Positions 40,829 through 53,931 of a stretch of DNA of 64,000 nucleotides are shown piece by piece. Each line of letters begins with the position of its first letter. The stretch's first letter is position 1. The stretch comes from Sulfolobaceae archaeon (GTDB lineage Archaea > Thermoproteota > Thermoprotei_A > Sulfolobales > Sulfolobaceae). The stretch lies in the NCBI GenBank assembly GCA_038893355.1, contig JAWARQ010000002.1, positions 64,001 to 128,000 on the forward strand, read 5' to 3'. The notes below the pieces were generated by a model. That model ran no database searches. It worked only from the letters and a program-made list of their open reading frames with translations, and was not told the origin of the DNA. A program made the position numbers and the translations under genes.

Positions 40829-41746
40829 GTGAAGTATGTGATAAAAAGGATAGTAACAACAGAACCTTCATCTACGGAACTTGTAGCTTATTTAGATGGG
40901 CTGAGAAGACTTGTTGGAGTAAGTGATAAATGTAGTTTCCCTCCAGAGGTTATAAGATTAAGAAAGGTAGTTAAAACTAGATTAGAGACTGATAACCTTT
41001 CGTCTAAGGAAATAGATGAAAAGGTTAGGGAGTTTATTAAGAGTAATAAAGCAATATTTGAGGTAGACTGGAACGCTATAGAAGAACTTAATCCAGATTT
41101 AATCATAGGTCAAGGTTTATGTGAAGTTTGTGCATTGCCCATAAAATCTTTTTTAAATAGTAAAATTAAACTAAAAATTCCTAAAAAGTTTAGGGTTTAT
41201 AAAGTATTTGAATATAGCCCTAAAGGTTTCCTCGAAATTGCAGAATATGCATATAAACTATCTAAATTATTAGATGTGGAGGAAAAAGGAAAGGAATTAT
41301 TAAATAGGTTTATAAGTGAATACAATTCACTAACTGGAATAGGCCACGGGAAAAGAATCTTGGTTATCGAATGGCTAGATCCTATATATGTAGCAGGATT
41401 ATGGATTTCTGATCTAATAACAGCTACTGGTTCTCAGACCTTGATTAGACCAAAAGAGTTTGGGAAAAGGGTTTCATTAGAGGAAATTAAAAAATTTTCA
41501 CCTTCTTTATTAATAATTTCTCCCTGCGGATTTGACATTAGACGAACGTTAAAGGAAATTGACTTAATACATAAAATAATTAATGATGTTAAGAGTATCA
41601 GGGAGGCTTACGTAGTAGATTCTGCGTATACAGCTAACCCTGCTCCTAGAATTCTGAAATTCGTTGAATTCTTAAGAGGTGTATTAACAAATATTTACGA
41701 TAATAACGAGAAGAATTTAGACAAAATTGGAGTAAAATTGTTATGA
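40829..41746 (+). CDS. Cobalamin/iron-siderophore binding protein (BtuF-like)
   Basis: RIVTTEPSSTE, LVGVS..C.FP, LCEVCA, EWLDP, SPCGF. Confidence 0.8.
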   Translation: MKYVIKRIVTTEPSSTELVAYLDGLRRLVGVSDKCSFPPEVIRLRKVVKTRLETDNLSSKEIDEKVREFIKSNKAIFEVDWNAIEELNPDLIIGQGLCEVCALPIKSFLNSKIKLKIPKKFRVYKVFEYSPKGFLEIAEYAYKLSKLLDVEEKGKELLNRFISEYNSLTGIGHGKRILVIEWLDPIYVAGLWISDLITATGSQTLIRPKEFGKRVSLEEIKKFSPSLLIISPCGFDIRRTLKEIDLIHKIINDVKSIREAYVVDSAYTANPAPRILKFVEFLRGVLTNIYDNNEKNLDKIGVKLL

Positions 41747-42408
41747 ATTATGAAGAATTTTTATCAAGACTAATTTCATGCCAGAAATGTAAAAGACTCG
41801 TAGAATTTAGGAGTAGATTCCCAGATAATTACTGGAAGAGACCCGTTCCTCCAAACGGAAGTTTAGATGCTGAAATAGTGATTATAGGTATTGCACCAGC
41901 ACCAGAGGGAGGAAATAGAACCGGTAGAATGTTTACTGGAGATGAGAGCGGGAACAATTTAGCTAGAGCACTTTATGAAGCTGGACTCGCTAATCAACCT
42001 TATTCAGTTTCAAAAAACGACAATCTAGTTCTTTACAATATTTATATTACCTCAGCAGTAAAATGTGCCCCGCCAAATCATAAGCCGACTAGAGAAGAAA
42101 TAAAAAATTGTACAGAATATTTGAAGAGCGAAATAAAATTTTTAAAAAATGCAAAAGTTTTTGTTACTCTAGGGAGAGTAGCATATGAAACTTTAATTAG
42201 TATTCTCGAAGAACTCTATGGAATAAAAATTAATAAAAAATTTTTGCATCAAAATATAATAAAAATGGAAATAGGAAATAGGAAAATTTATATTATAACA
42301 TCATATCACCCTAGCCCCAGAAATGTTAGAACTGGTAGATTGAAAATTGAAGAGTTAGTAAAAATTTTTGAGAGGGCTAAAATTCTTGTGGAAGAGGCTA
42401 GACAATAG
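41743..42408 (+). CDS. udgB: Uracil-DNA glycosylase family 5
   Basis: C..C..L, GIAPA..GGNRTGRMFTGD, YHPSPRN. Confidence 0.9.
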   Translation: MNYEEFLSRLISCQKCKRLVEFRSRFPDNYWKRPVPPNGSLDAEIVIIGIAPAPEGGNRTGRMFTGDESGNNLARALYEAGLANQPYSVSKNDNLVLYNIYITSAVKCAPPNHKPTREEIKNCTEYLKSEIKFLKNAKVFVTLGRVAYETLISILEELYGIKINKKFLHQNIIKMEIGNRKIYIITSYHPSPRNVRTGRLKIEELVKIFERAKILVEEARQ

Positions 42409-42478
42409 TCTTATATCATTCTTATCAGTTGTCTAAACAAACCTCACAATTTATATACTTTACTCATGACTTAAGTAT

Positions 42479-43740
<1,262 letters not shown>

Positions 43741-43747
<7 letters not shown>

Positions 43748-44211
43748 TGATAAGAAGGGCAAGAAAAGAAGAGATAGATATAGTTGCTAATCTATTATCT
43801 AGGATGTATAGATTAAATAGTGAATTCGATCCATTACTTCAAGTTCCAGAAGATCTTGAAGAGAGAATGAAAAAATCTCTAGAAATTAGTATGATCGACG
43901 ATAATTTCATTATAGTAGTAGCTGAAGAGGAGGGAAAAATAGTGGGGGCTGCTAGAGTTAGAATAGCTAATAGAGAATTTTATGTCCCAGAAAGAGAAGG
44001 TATAATAGAAGAGATCTATGTACATCCCTCTTACAGAAGGAGAGGGATAGGTGAAGCAATAATAAATTATATTCAGAGGGAATTATCTAACAAGGGTATA
44101 AAGATTATATCTGCACATTTTCCAGCAAAGAATGTAATTGCAGTATCATTCTATAATAAATTAGGATTTATAGAAGAACATTATCATTTTATAAAATATA
44201 TTTCAAAATAG
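43741..44211 (+). CDS. GNAT acetyltransferase
   Basis: [20 protein letters not shown]. Confidence 0.92.
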
Positions 44212-44226
44212 CTAATTAAAAAGGTG

Positions 44227-44859
44227 TTAAGTAGTACCTCCTAAACGTCTTATAGTACTAGAAGTAGCGATATAGAACAAAATCATTCCAATAAATGTCG
44301 CTAACCCTATGAATATCCCTATTATAAATAGAATTCCTGCAGCAAGATATAATCCTTCACCATACTTTGAATTTAACCTAAATGCACCAACTATTAATGC
44401 TAAAATCTCACCTATGAATAAAATTATGGCACCTAAAATGAATATTGGTATGCCTATTAATATTATTGTAAGCAAAGCACCAACTATTACTAAAATAAGA
44501 CCTATAAGGATTAAAGTTGTACCAGTATAGCATATTCCAAATTCGCTATGAATATTTTTAAGTTTAGAATAACCACTTCTTAGCCTAAATAATGCAATTA
44601 AATATATTATAGCACCTATAATTACTAGGATTATGAGTATACTAAGGGCGGCAAGACCAGTAGATAATCCTACTCTAGGTGCAGGGATAAAGAGAAAACC
44701 AAAAAATATTGAAATACTACCTATTCCTATTAATAAAGTGGCAATTATTGCTAATAGAGAAAAGCTTCTTATATCTCTTAAAGCCTCAATTTCCGCTTGA
44801 GGTGGTTGACTCGGAGGAGGCGGTGGAGTAGGTGGCGGAGGTATGGAATTAATCTTCAT
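44227..44859 (-). CDS. Membrane protein (DUF973/DUF996-like) with Pro-rich N-terminus
   Basis: Several hydrophobic helices, LRSGY..L, PPPPTPPPPP. Confidence 0.75.
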   Translation of the reverse strand: MKINSIPPPPTPPPPPSQPPQAEIEALRDIRSFSLLAIIATLLIGIGSISIFFGFLFIPAPRVGLSTGLAALSILIILVIIGAIIYLIALFRLRSGYSKLKNIHSEFGICYTGTTLILIGLILVIVGALLTIILIGIPIFILGAIILFIGEILALIVGAFRLNSKYGEGLYLAAGILFIIGIFIGLATFIGMILFYIATSSTIRRLGGTT

Positions 44860-45016
44860 AATGTAGAGTATGATAATCTAATATATAAATATTTCGTTCA
44901 TTACGTAATTCTTATATATAATATATATAAAATATAATTTATTAAATATTTTATATATAGTTTTTTATAAGGTTACAGTACCAGAAGGAAGGATAGAGTA
45001 TACAATACCACTAATA

Positions 45017-45337
45017 GGAGTGTTCTCAAAAAGTCATCAATTTTGAAAAGTATTTGTTAATAATATATCAAATTACTATATAATATGCTTAACAATCTTC
45101 AAATAAACATCATTTAAAGGTGTTGCCTAGCTAGAGAAGATAAGAGGATAAATAACCTTTAGTTTTTCATTTAGTCGTACAAGGACATCACATAGCATTT
45201 ACACAAATGAAAAAATAATACTTACTTCACATTTCTAAATCATTTCAGCGACTCAAGACATCAAAAACGTCTTTATGGCTACTGTAATATTTTTACAAGA
45301 AATTATCGAATTTCATGACTGTTTGAGAACAGTCCCC
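45017..45337. mobile_element. 321-bp MITE with 9-bp target-site duplication
   Basis: TIRs GGAGTGTTCTCAAAAAGTCAT and ATGACTGTTTGAGAACAGTCC (19/21); CCACTAATA at 45008-45016 and 45338-45346. Confidence 0.9.
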
Positions 45338-45412
45338 CCACTAATAAAAACCTAACTATTAAATAGTAAAACTTAAAAGTAACTTTTTACAATTACGACA
45401 AGGCGAAAAGAA

Positions 45413-46189
45413 ATGGATCCCTATCCTCTAATCTTAGGTCTAATAGCAGGGGGCACAGTAATTATTGGTGCATTACCTATAGTGAAAAGTAAGGCTAGCA
45501 AAACCACTTTGGGTTACTTAGGTGCATTGGCAGGAGGAATTTTGTCATATTTAGCACTAGATACTGGAAGTTCTGCAGAAGAGATAGTAGAAGGATTTTT
45601 AGAACATAGAGAATGGTTAAACTTCGGTATAGCATTAATAGTTACTTCAGTAGCCTTAATTGGTACTTGGTTAATATTGAGCTCTTTTGAGAAAAAAGAG
45701 AACTCAACTACTTCTACGACCTCTTCATCCTTACCATTAATATTAGCGTTAGGCTTAGGTGTGCATAATATTGGTGAAGGTTTCGCAATAGCATCAGCAT
45801 TACTTACTGGTGCAATAGCATCAGCATGGACTTTTACAATAGGCTTTGCAATTCATAACGCAACAGAGGGTATAGCTATTGCCTCACCTAGTACAATTAT
45901 TAAAACTAAGTGGGGTAGTTTAAGAAATATTATCCTCCTCTCATTAATAGCTGGATTGCCAACTACCTTAGGAGCTTCAATATATTATTTAGGAATTAAC
46001 AATCCCCACCTACTAGCAGTGCTAGATACAATAGCTACTGCATCGTTGGTATTCGTAATGATTCGAATTAATATAATTTCAGCAGGTTTATTAGGAGGAT
46101 TTAGGGCAAAGTTTTGGACATGGTTATTCTTAGGAATTGCGTTAACTTTTGGGCTAGAAAGTTTAATGAGCATTTTGAGTATGATGTAA
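45413..46189 (+). CDS. ZIP-family metal transporter
   Basis: HNIGEG and HNATEG signature helices. Confidence 0.9.
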   Translation: MDPYPLILGLIAGGTVIIGALPIVKSKASKTTLGYLGALAGGILSYLALDTGSSAEEIVEGFLEHREWLNFGIALIVTSVALIGTWLILSSFEKKENSTTSTTSSSLPLILALGLGVHNIGEGFAIASALLTGAIASAWTFTIGFAIHNATEGIAIASPSTIIKTKWGSLRNIILLSLIAGLPTTLGASIYYLGINNPHLLAVLDTIATASLVFVMIRINIISAGLLGGFRAKFWTWLFLGIALTFGLESLMSILSMM

Positions 46190-46414
46190 AGGGAAAATGA
46201 GGAAGAGCCTATTATTTTTTACTTTTCAAATTCATCAATCTAAACTTTTCATATTGTTTCTTATTATTTATGGAGTAATATAGATTTTAATAGTATAAGA
46301 GATTAATGATGATAAAGCTATAGTCGTATTAATTTATTTTAACTTGAATGTAATATCTTGAGAGTTTTGAGATAATTTTATAAAAGTTAAAACTGAATAT
46401 TAGTATAGATAAAT

Positions 46415-46765
46415 ATGAGTGTGGAATTAGTAGAACAACAAAAGTTAATTTTAAAAAGATTTCTGGAGGTAGCATATGGTCTTTCTGATGCAGATGTAGA
46501 AATGTTCTTAAGGATATTGAAGACTCAAGAAGGAAAAGATGTAGACACAATTTCCAAAGAACTTAATATAAGCAAGAGTAGAGCTAGTCTAATACTTAAG
46601 AAACTAAATGATGCGGGCTTAATAGAAAAACAGAAAATGAGCCAAAGTAAAGGTGGAAGACCTAAGTACGTTTATTATGTTAATAAGTCAGAATTGAAGG
46701 ATAAGTTATCTAGAAGAGCAGACGAGCTTTGTAAAAGTCTTGCTGATATGTTAAAGTCATTGTAA
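46415..46765 (+). CDS. wHTH transcriptional regulator (TrmB/MarR-like)
   Basis: YGLS..D, ISKSRAS..LKKL..AGLI, GGRPKYVY. Confidence 0.88.
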   Translation: MSVELVEQQKLILKRFLEVAYGLSDADVEMFLRILKTQEGKDVDTISKELNISKSRASLILKKLNDAGLIEKQKMSQSKGGRPKYVYYVNKSELKDKLSRRADELCKSLADMLKSL

Positions 46766-46856
46766 TTTTTTATAAAGCTAAATTTCTTTTTATCTTTTTT
46801 TAATACTGAAAATTAAGAGTAAGCTTTTAAGTGTACTATTACTACCTTATTATTGA

Positions 46857-46930
46857 GGGCCCGTAGCTTAGCCTGGTTGAGCGCCCGGCTGATAACCGGG
46901 AGGTCCAGGGTTCAAATCCCTGCGGGCCCA
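46857..46930 (+). tRNA. tRNA-Ile(GAT)
   Basis: GGGCCCG/CGGGCCC acceptor stem, CCCGG-CT-GAT-AA-CCGGG anticodon arm, GGTTCAAATCC; upstream TATA-like TTTTAAG. Confidence 0.97.
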
Positions 46931-46997
46931 TTTTAGAGCTGAATTTTTTTACACTAACAGAAATTTTTAATATTTGTTTATGTTAAAATAGTGACTT

Positions 46998-47151
46998 GGG
47001 GATATGTAGTTCAGTGCGAGGACGCTTATTTTCACTATGACCATGAAAGTAAGCTTCTCCGCACTTTATTAGTAGCATAACCTCAAACTATTAAAATTGA
47101 TTAAAAATCTTTACCCGCCCTATAGGGCGAGGCTTGTCGTTCGTTTTGTCA
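46998..47151 (-). mobile_element. IS200/IS605 (tnpB-type) left end with decayed tnpB 5' fragment
   Basis: Minus strand TGACAAAACGAACGACAAGCCTCGCCCTATAGGGCGGG subterminal hairpin, then TTTTTAAT and an ATG. Confidence 0.65.
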
Positions 47152-47165
47152 TTTAGCTAAAGACA

Positions 47166-47262
47166 TCCTATATAGGAGTTCCATGAGCCATAGTGAGTGA
47201 TTACTAAGTCCATAACTTCAGTCATGAAATATCGAAATGAAACTGCAGGGACAAACGGATAC
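47166..47262 (+). mobile_element. IS200/IS605 right-end remnant (omega-RNA-like region)
   Basis: GAGTGATTACTAAGTCC...CATGAAATATC..AATGAAA..GGGACAAACG resembles 3' ends of Sulfolobales tnpB elements (recalled, not searched). Confidence 0.5.
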
Positions 47263-47366
47263 TCTTGATACTAGATATCATAGAGTTAATTAATTTGGAA
47301 ATAACTATAAGATATAATTATATATAGATAGAGATTTCTATTTAATATTAGTTGATAATTAATATT

Positions 47367-48005
47367 TTATCTAAGAAATGTTTTAGCTTTTTCTATAATA
47401 TTTATAAAAAGATTAAAATTCTTTCTACTGATTGGTATTAAAAGTAGTTGATAATTTTTCATGAATACATCATAGAGAAGTAAATATGAATTTACATTAT
47501 ATAAATAGGCATAGACTAAGGATTGAATTATATCAGATTTTTTAAAATCGAACCTAGTTTTAATCTCAAATACAGCGTCATTCACACAAAGATCTGGTTC
47601 GCCAACAATTTTAAGATCGAAAATAAAAGCCTGAGTCTTCTTACACTTAGTAAAATTATTTCCGAATTTTTTTAATACATATTCAGCATGTTTAATATTT
47701 TCAATAACTTTTAGATATATTTTATTTTTTTCTTTTATAATTTTAAAAAATTTATCAAAAGAATCTATTTCTTCATCCAAATCCTTCAAGAAGTCAAAAT
47801 TAAGTTCTTTCATTATCTTTATTAAGGAATTTAGTTTTAACCCTTCAGTAATGTCTTCTATAAGTAGTTTATGAAAGAGAAGTCCTATCTTCTCAGAACT
47901 CCTACTCATGAATGGTGAGTAAACTTGTGATTCTATAACGTAATACTCTACATCATCATATCTTACCAAGACACTTAATGCCCTCTTTGGTAAAACTCTT
48001 ATCAT
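47367..48005 (-). CDS. PD-(D/E)XK nuclease, RecB/Cas4-like, lacking Fe-S cysteine motifs
   Basis: G..FH, IVGEPDL, FEIKT, Q...YA motifs. Confidence 0.75.
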   Translation of the reverse strand: MIRVLPKRALSVLVRYDDVEYYVIESQVYSPFMSRSSEKIGLLFHKLLIEDITEGLKLNSLIKIMKELNFDFLKDLDEEIDSFDKFFKIIKEKNKIYLKVIENIKHAEYVLKKFGNNFTKCKKTQAFIFDLKIVGEPDLCVNDAVFEIKTRFDFKKSDIIQSLVYAYLYNVNSYLLLYDVFMKNYQLLLIPISRKNFNLFINIIEKAKTFLR

Positions 48006-48088
48006 TCAACTTCAATTCAAATTCTTCATATTTATTTATTTCGTATTATTAATATAAGTACTACACTCTTAAAAAGTATAATAATACT

Positions 48089-49069
48089 TTACTTCCGATT
48101 ATTTAATTTTATCAAAACTTCTTCTAAAATTCCAAATAATTCTTTAGTCCCATAGTTTAGAGAAACTCTTGCATGAGTTTTTCTAAGTCCGATAAAACCA
48201 TTTGGTTCTCTTATTTTGTAATTATATCTTTTTAATTCATTATTAACTAAACTAGCCTCAACTGGGAACTCTAAGAGAATGAATGGTGCAGTTGTTCTAT
48301 ATATTTTGAAAAAATTATACTTTATAGATTCTATATCATTTATTAGTCTGCTTACCTCACTTTTACTTATCGTTAAAAATCTTCTAACCTCTTTAGCATC
48401 AATATGTGAAAAGACGTAGTAAGAGATAGAATTTATTCGCCATGGTATTGTTTTTGATTCTATTTCTCTCGAAGATTTACCTATACTAAATCCAATTCTT
48501 AACCCTGGTATTGCTAAACTTTTAGTAAATGTTGAAATTATGAGTAAATTATCATAATCCTCAATTAATTTTATTGCTGATTCACATTTGCTAATATCGA
48601 CGAATGCTTCGTCAAGTACCAAAAATTTATTGTTCTGAAGAAAGTTCTCTATTTCCTCTAATGGGAAACAGAATCCCGTAGGATTTATGGGATTTCCTGT
48701 TATTACATTTTCACCCTTTAATTTACAATGAAAGCTATTTTCAAACTCTTCGCATAAATAGCTTGATTTCCTTGGATATTCTGAAAAATTTGGCTCTGGT
48801 ACGTTAAATATCTTAGGCAAGAGTTTCAATGCCTCTATTGAACCATTGTATACACCTATGTATTCAGGATTTGTATTATAAATTTCTGCTATTTTTTCTT
48901 TTAAGTACTTATAATCATCTGGATAATATCTGTATACTTTCTTTTTTATTGCATCAAATAACAAATCTTCAATAAAGCTAGGAGTTCCGAGAGGATTTAA
49001 GTTAACACTAAAGTCTTTTATAGTCTCTGGTGGTTCACCATTTAGCCACTCTGAACCCCCGTGAAACAT
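48089..49069 (-). CDS. cobD: Threonine-phosphate decarboxylase CobD-like PLP enzyme
   Basis: HGG..DFSVNLNPLG, NPINPTG, DEAF, TFTK..IPGLRIG. Confidence 0.75.
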   Translation of the reverse strand: MFHGGSEWLNGEPPETIKDFSVNLNPLGTPSFIEDLLFDAIKKKVYRYYPDDYKYLKEKIAEIYNTNPEYIGVYNGSIEALKLLPKIFNVPEPNFSEYPRKSSYLCEEFENSFHCKLKGENVITGNPINPTGFCFPLEEIENFLQNNKFLVLDEAFVDISKCESAIKLIEDYDNLLIISTFTKSLAIPGLRIGFSIGKSSREIESKTIPWRINSISYYVFSHIDAKEVRRFLTISKSEVSRLINDIESIKYNFFKIYRTTAPFILLEFPVEASLVNNELKRYNYKIREPNGFIGLRKTHARVSLNYGTKELFGILEEVLIKLNNRK

Positions 49070-49654
49070 CTATTCTTTTAACCTAAAGTAGTTTAAAATA
49101 ACTTTCTTTTCAGCCCTTCTTATAATTTCTAAAAGATTTGAAGGAGACATATTTAGTTCCCTAGCTAATTCTCTCAATCCAACTTTTCTAGGATAATCAA
49201 AATATCCTGCTTCGAGTGCTACTAAGAGAATTCTTTCTTGCTTCGGCGTTAATAATTCCTTTTTAGATAGCTTTACGACCTTTAATACTTTTACATTATA
49301 TCCACCTTCCGATAGTTCTCTTAACAATCTCCTTAACTCTTCGTAACCATTAAGTATAATTGACCATCTTATTACACCTTGAATAAGGTCACCTCTTATT
49401 ATCATATATTTACTCATAATCTCCATAAGTTTAGAAGTTATATTAATAGTACCCATAAATTTATTTTTAGAAACTCTGGTAAATTTTCCTTTTAAATCCT
49501 CTTCACTTCGATCTACATTTGTTACTTCTATTAATACCCTACAGTTTGAATTATCTATCTTTTTAATATCTAATATAGTAATTGAATTTTTTGAGTCTGA
49601 AAATCTTAATATCCATTCCTCTGCGAGAGTATTAATGATTACGTGTAATATCAT
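49070..49654 (-). CDS. HTH_10 (Bat-type) transcriptional regulator
   Basis: LTPKQ..L..A...GYFDYPR...L.ELA..L..S......IRRAE. Confidence 0.9.
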   Translation of the reverse strand: MILHVIINTLAEEWILRFSDSKNSITILDIKKIDNSNCRVLIEVTNVDRSEEDLKGKFTRVSKNKFMGTINITSKLMEIMSKYMIIRGDLIQGVIRWSIILNGYEELRRLLRELSEGGYNVKVLKVVKLSKKELLTPKQERILLVALEAGYFDYPRKVGLRELARELNMSPSNLLEIIRRAEKKVILNYFRLKE

Positions 49655-49717
49655 CCCGAATATGTTAGGGGTTTAATTATTTAATGATTTCTTTCTTTAC
49701 ATTTAAACTGGGACTAA

Positions 49718-50035
<318 letters not shown>

Positions 50036-50087
50036 GTTCTTTTTTAATAATATTTTTAACCTAGATTTAAAATTATTAACTGGGAAA

Positions 50088-51332
50088 ATGAAATTTGAAG
50101 ACCTATGGATATGGAAATACTTGAAGGAAGACCTTGAGTGGTATTATGAAGTAGCAACAAATAGAAAACCTGCCAAGTACTTAATAGCTAAAAGGGTAGA
50201 AGCGGATTTTGATGAGACAGAGAAGATAGATAAGTTATGGATGGAATTTGATAAGAGATTATCAGAGTTCTTAAGATTATGGGAGGATATTAAGAATGGA
50301 GAAAAACTTCATAAAATTGAAGTGCCAAAGAAGACATTATTAGATTTAATGGAATTAATTACTACTAAGTGGCTTGAATCTTGTTCCTTCTGCAGATGGA
50401 GATGTAGGGTAAACAGAATTGAGGCTAAAAAGTTAGGAGCTTGTATGTTAGATACAACTTCAAGAGTTGGAGCATATTTCCATCATAGAGGAGAAGAGTT
50501 AGTATTTCGAGGCACAAAAGGTTCTGGAACAATTTTCTTTACATCATGCAATATGAGATGTGCATTTTGCCAGAATAGTGACATCTCAACAGATAGATTT
50601 AATGGCGTAATAGTGACCCCTAGAGATTTAGCTTACATAATGCTTCAGTTAAGGTTAGAAGGTGTCCATAATATTAATTTAGTTGGAGGCGAACCGACCG
50701 TTCACCTCCATACTATAATCAACGCTATAAATTTACTTAGTAAATACGGTATCAATATTATCCCAGACAATCCTTTATCTATACAAGAAGTTAAGTCTGA
50801 TATATTTATACATTATCCTATCAAAATAGAAAATGCAATTTATCAAGGAGAAGTTAATGTTCCAATTCTTTGGAATAGTAATTTCTATATGAGCGAGGAA
50901 GCTACTAGATTATTAAGAGTAGTAGTTGACATTTGGTTACCCGACTTTAAGTTTGGTAATAACAAGTGTGCACTTAGGATATCAAGAACACCTTGGTATG
51001 TTGAAACTGTTACTAAGAATTTGTTAATGGTGAGGAACTGGGGAGAGAATATGATAATAAGGCATTTAATAATGCCAAACCATGTTCAAGACGATACAAT
51101 TCCAGTATTGGAGTGGATTGCTAAGAATATGCCAGAAGTCTGGGTTAATATAATGGATCAGTACCATCCTGATAATTATACTGACCCAAGTTCTGAAAGG
51201 TTTAAAGTAGAATATGAAGATCTTGCCAGATATCCATATCCATCTGAAATAGAAGAAGCATGGAATTATGCTAGAAAGCTTGGAATAAAATTTGATATTA
51301 TAACTCTAGAGAAAAAATTAAATTATCTCTAA
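50088..51332 (+). CDS. PflX-like radical SAM protein
   Basis: C..C...C.VNR, GSGTIFFTSCNMRCAFCQN, LPDFKFGN, RHLIMP, NIMDQYHP. Confidence 0.88.
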   Translation: MKFEDLWIWKYLKEDLEWYYEVATNRKPAKYLIAKRVEADFDETEKIDKLWMEFDKRLSEFLRLWEDIKNGEKLHKIEVPKKTLLDLMELITTKWLESCSFCRWRCRVNRIEAKKLGACMLDTTSRVGAYFHHRGEELVFRGTKGSGTIFFTSCNMRCAFCQNSDISTDRFNGVIVTPRDLAYIMLQLRLEGVHNINLVGGEPTVHLHTIINAINLLSKYGINIIPDNPLSIQEVKSDIFIHYPIKIENAIYQGEVNVPILWNSNFYMSEEATRLLRVVVDIWLPDFKFGNNKCALRISRTPWYVETVTKNLLMVRNWGENMIIRHLIMPNHVQDDTIPVLEWIAKNMPEVWVNIMDQYHPDNYTDPSSERFKVEYEDLARYPYPSEIEEAWNYARKLGIKFDIITLEKKLNYL

Positions 51333-51389
51333 AACTTTTCATATATATTAAGAGAAAAAATTATTAGGGATAAAATTAACTATCCAGTT

Positions 51390-52289
51390 ATGGAGGAAGT
51401 ATCTGAGATAGTCGAGAAAGCCGGAAAATCAGTTGTTGCAATTACTACTAGAGGTATTACTTTTGATGACATCTTTAACATTCATGTAACGAGGGGTATA
51501 GGATCTGGATTTATAGTAGAAAAAGGTCTTGTTATAACTTCATTTCATGTTATAGAAAATGCACAAGAAATAAGGGTAATTAGCAGAGAAGGTATCTCAA
51601 AAAGAGGATACTTGTTAGCAGTAAACCCATATAACGATTTAGCATTAATAGGTACTGATTTAGATCTACCGCCCTTAAAACTCTCTAGAGAATATAAAAT
51701 AGGAGAATTTGTTATTGCAATAGGGAATCCTTTAGGGATGGAGAGTGTTACTTTTGGAATAATAAGTGGTTCTAGTAGGCTAATTAGATCACCTGCTGGA
51801 AATCCATTATATGTATTACAAACAGATGCTGCAGTAAACCCAGGGAATAGCGGTGGTCCGTTAGTTAACATGAAAGGACAAGTAGTTGGCGTAGTTACTG
51901 CAATGATACCTTATGCTCAAGGTATAGGATTTGCAATACCAGCAAGACTCGTTGAAAGCTTCATAAATAACTATAAAAAGTTTGGAAGGTATGTTAGACC
52001 GTACGTTGGAATAAGTATAGTAAATCTCACCTCGGCGATAGCTAGATATTTTGAGTTGCCAGTAGAAGAAGGTATATTAATCATAGATGTATCACCTAAT
52101 AGTCCCGCCTATTTTGCAGGAATTAGAAGAGGTGATATAATTATTGAGGTAGATGGTAAGAAAGTTAAAGAAGTATTGGACTTCCTAGCATTAATAGACG
52201 AAAAGGGGGCTCCAGCAGTATTAAATTTACAAATAGTTAGGGGCAATAAAAAAATAGGGATTGAATTAGAAACAGTACCTATAGACTAA
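51390..52289 (+). CDS. HtrA/DegP-like serine protease with PDZ domain
   Basis: GSGF, TSFHV, QTDAAVNPGNSGGPL. Confidence 0.95.
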   Translation: MEEVSEIVEKAGKSVVAITTRGITFDDIFNIHVTRGIGSGFIVEKGLVITSFHVIENAQEIRVISREGISKRGYLLAVNPYNDLALIGTDLDLPPLKLSREYKIGEFVIAIGNPLGMESVTFGIISGSSRLIRSPAGNPLYVLQTDAAVNPGNSGGPLVNMKGQVVGVVTAMIPYAQGIGFAIPARLVESFINNYKKFGRYVRPYVGISIVNLTSAIARYFELPVEEGILIIDVSPNSPAYFAGIRRGDIIIEVDGKKVKEVLDFLALIDEKGAPAVLNLQIVRGNKKIGIELETVPID

Positions 52290-52795
52290 TCTTCTGTTTC
52301 GTTCTCTTCATCATTATTATTTATAGGATGTATAACCAATATAGGTTCTTTTTTAACATGAAGATCTCCTTTTGGATGCTGACTTACTTTATAGTATATA
52401 GTTATTTTTACGTTATAAGTTCCTGAAGTTAAATTTACTTTTGCTATTGGCGATTCTAAGGTCAATAGTAAATTATGATTATCTATATTTATAGATACAT
52501 TAAAATAACTAAATACTTTCTCTAATTTTTCCTTATGAAGTAACATGATTACATATGTTCCATTCTCTTTTACAGTTATAGATGCAGTTACAGTTACATT
52601 GCCAGACTTCCCTGGCGTTAAATTCCCTAAGTCAATATACGCCGGACTTATCGTAAATGTCTGATTCTGTTTAGGTACAATTATATTATATGATAGGTAT
52701 GCTAATGGCCCATATCCATAAGTTCCTGCTATCACTACGCCTGCAACTCCAGAAGATGCTATTATTGTCGCTATTAAGAGTGGTAGATATTTCAT
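52286..52795 (-). CDS. Hypothetical exported beta-rich protein
   Basis: N-terminal hydrophobic segment, several N-x-S/T sequons. Confidence 0.7.
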   Translation of the reverse strand: MKYLPLLIATIIASSGVAGVVIAGTYGYGPLAYLSYNIIVPKQNQTFTISPAYIDLGNLTPGKSGNVTVTASITVKENGTYVIMLLHKEKLEKVFSYFNVSINIDNHNLLLTLESPIAKVNLTSGTYNVKITIYYKVSQHPKGDLHVKKEPILVIHPINNNDEENETED

Positions 52796-52883
52796 AGGTT
52801 AACGTTTTATATTCAACTATTTAAGAATATAATGAAACTCTTGAATTTTCATTATTCAAAGTAGTGATAACTGAATTTTTAAA

Positions 52884-53921
<1,038 letters not shown>

Positions 53922-53931
53922 ATTTAGTTTA

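Noticed and set aside
46300-46370. ATGATGA C-box-like motif
   Set aside because: No suitably spaced CTGA D boxes
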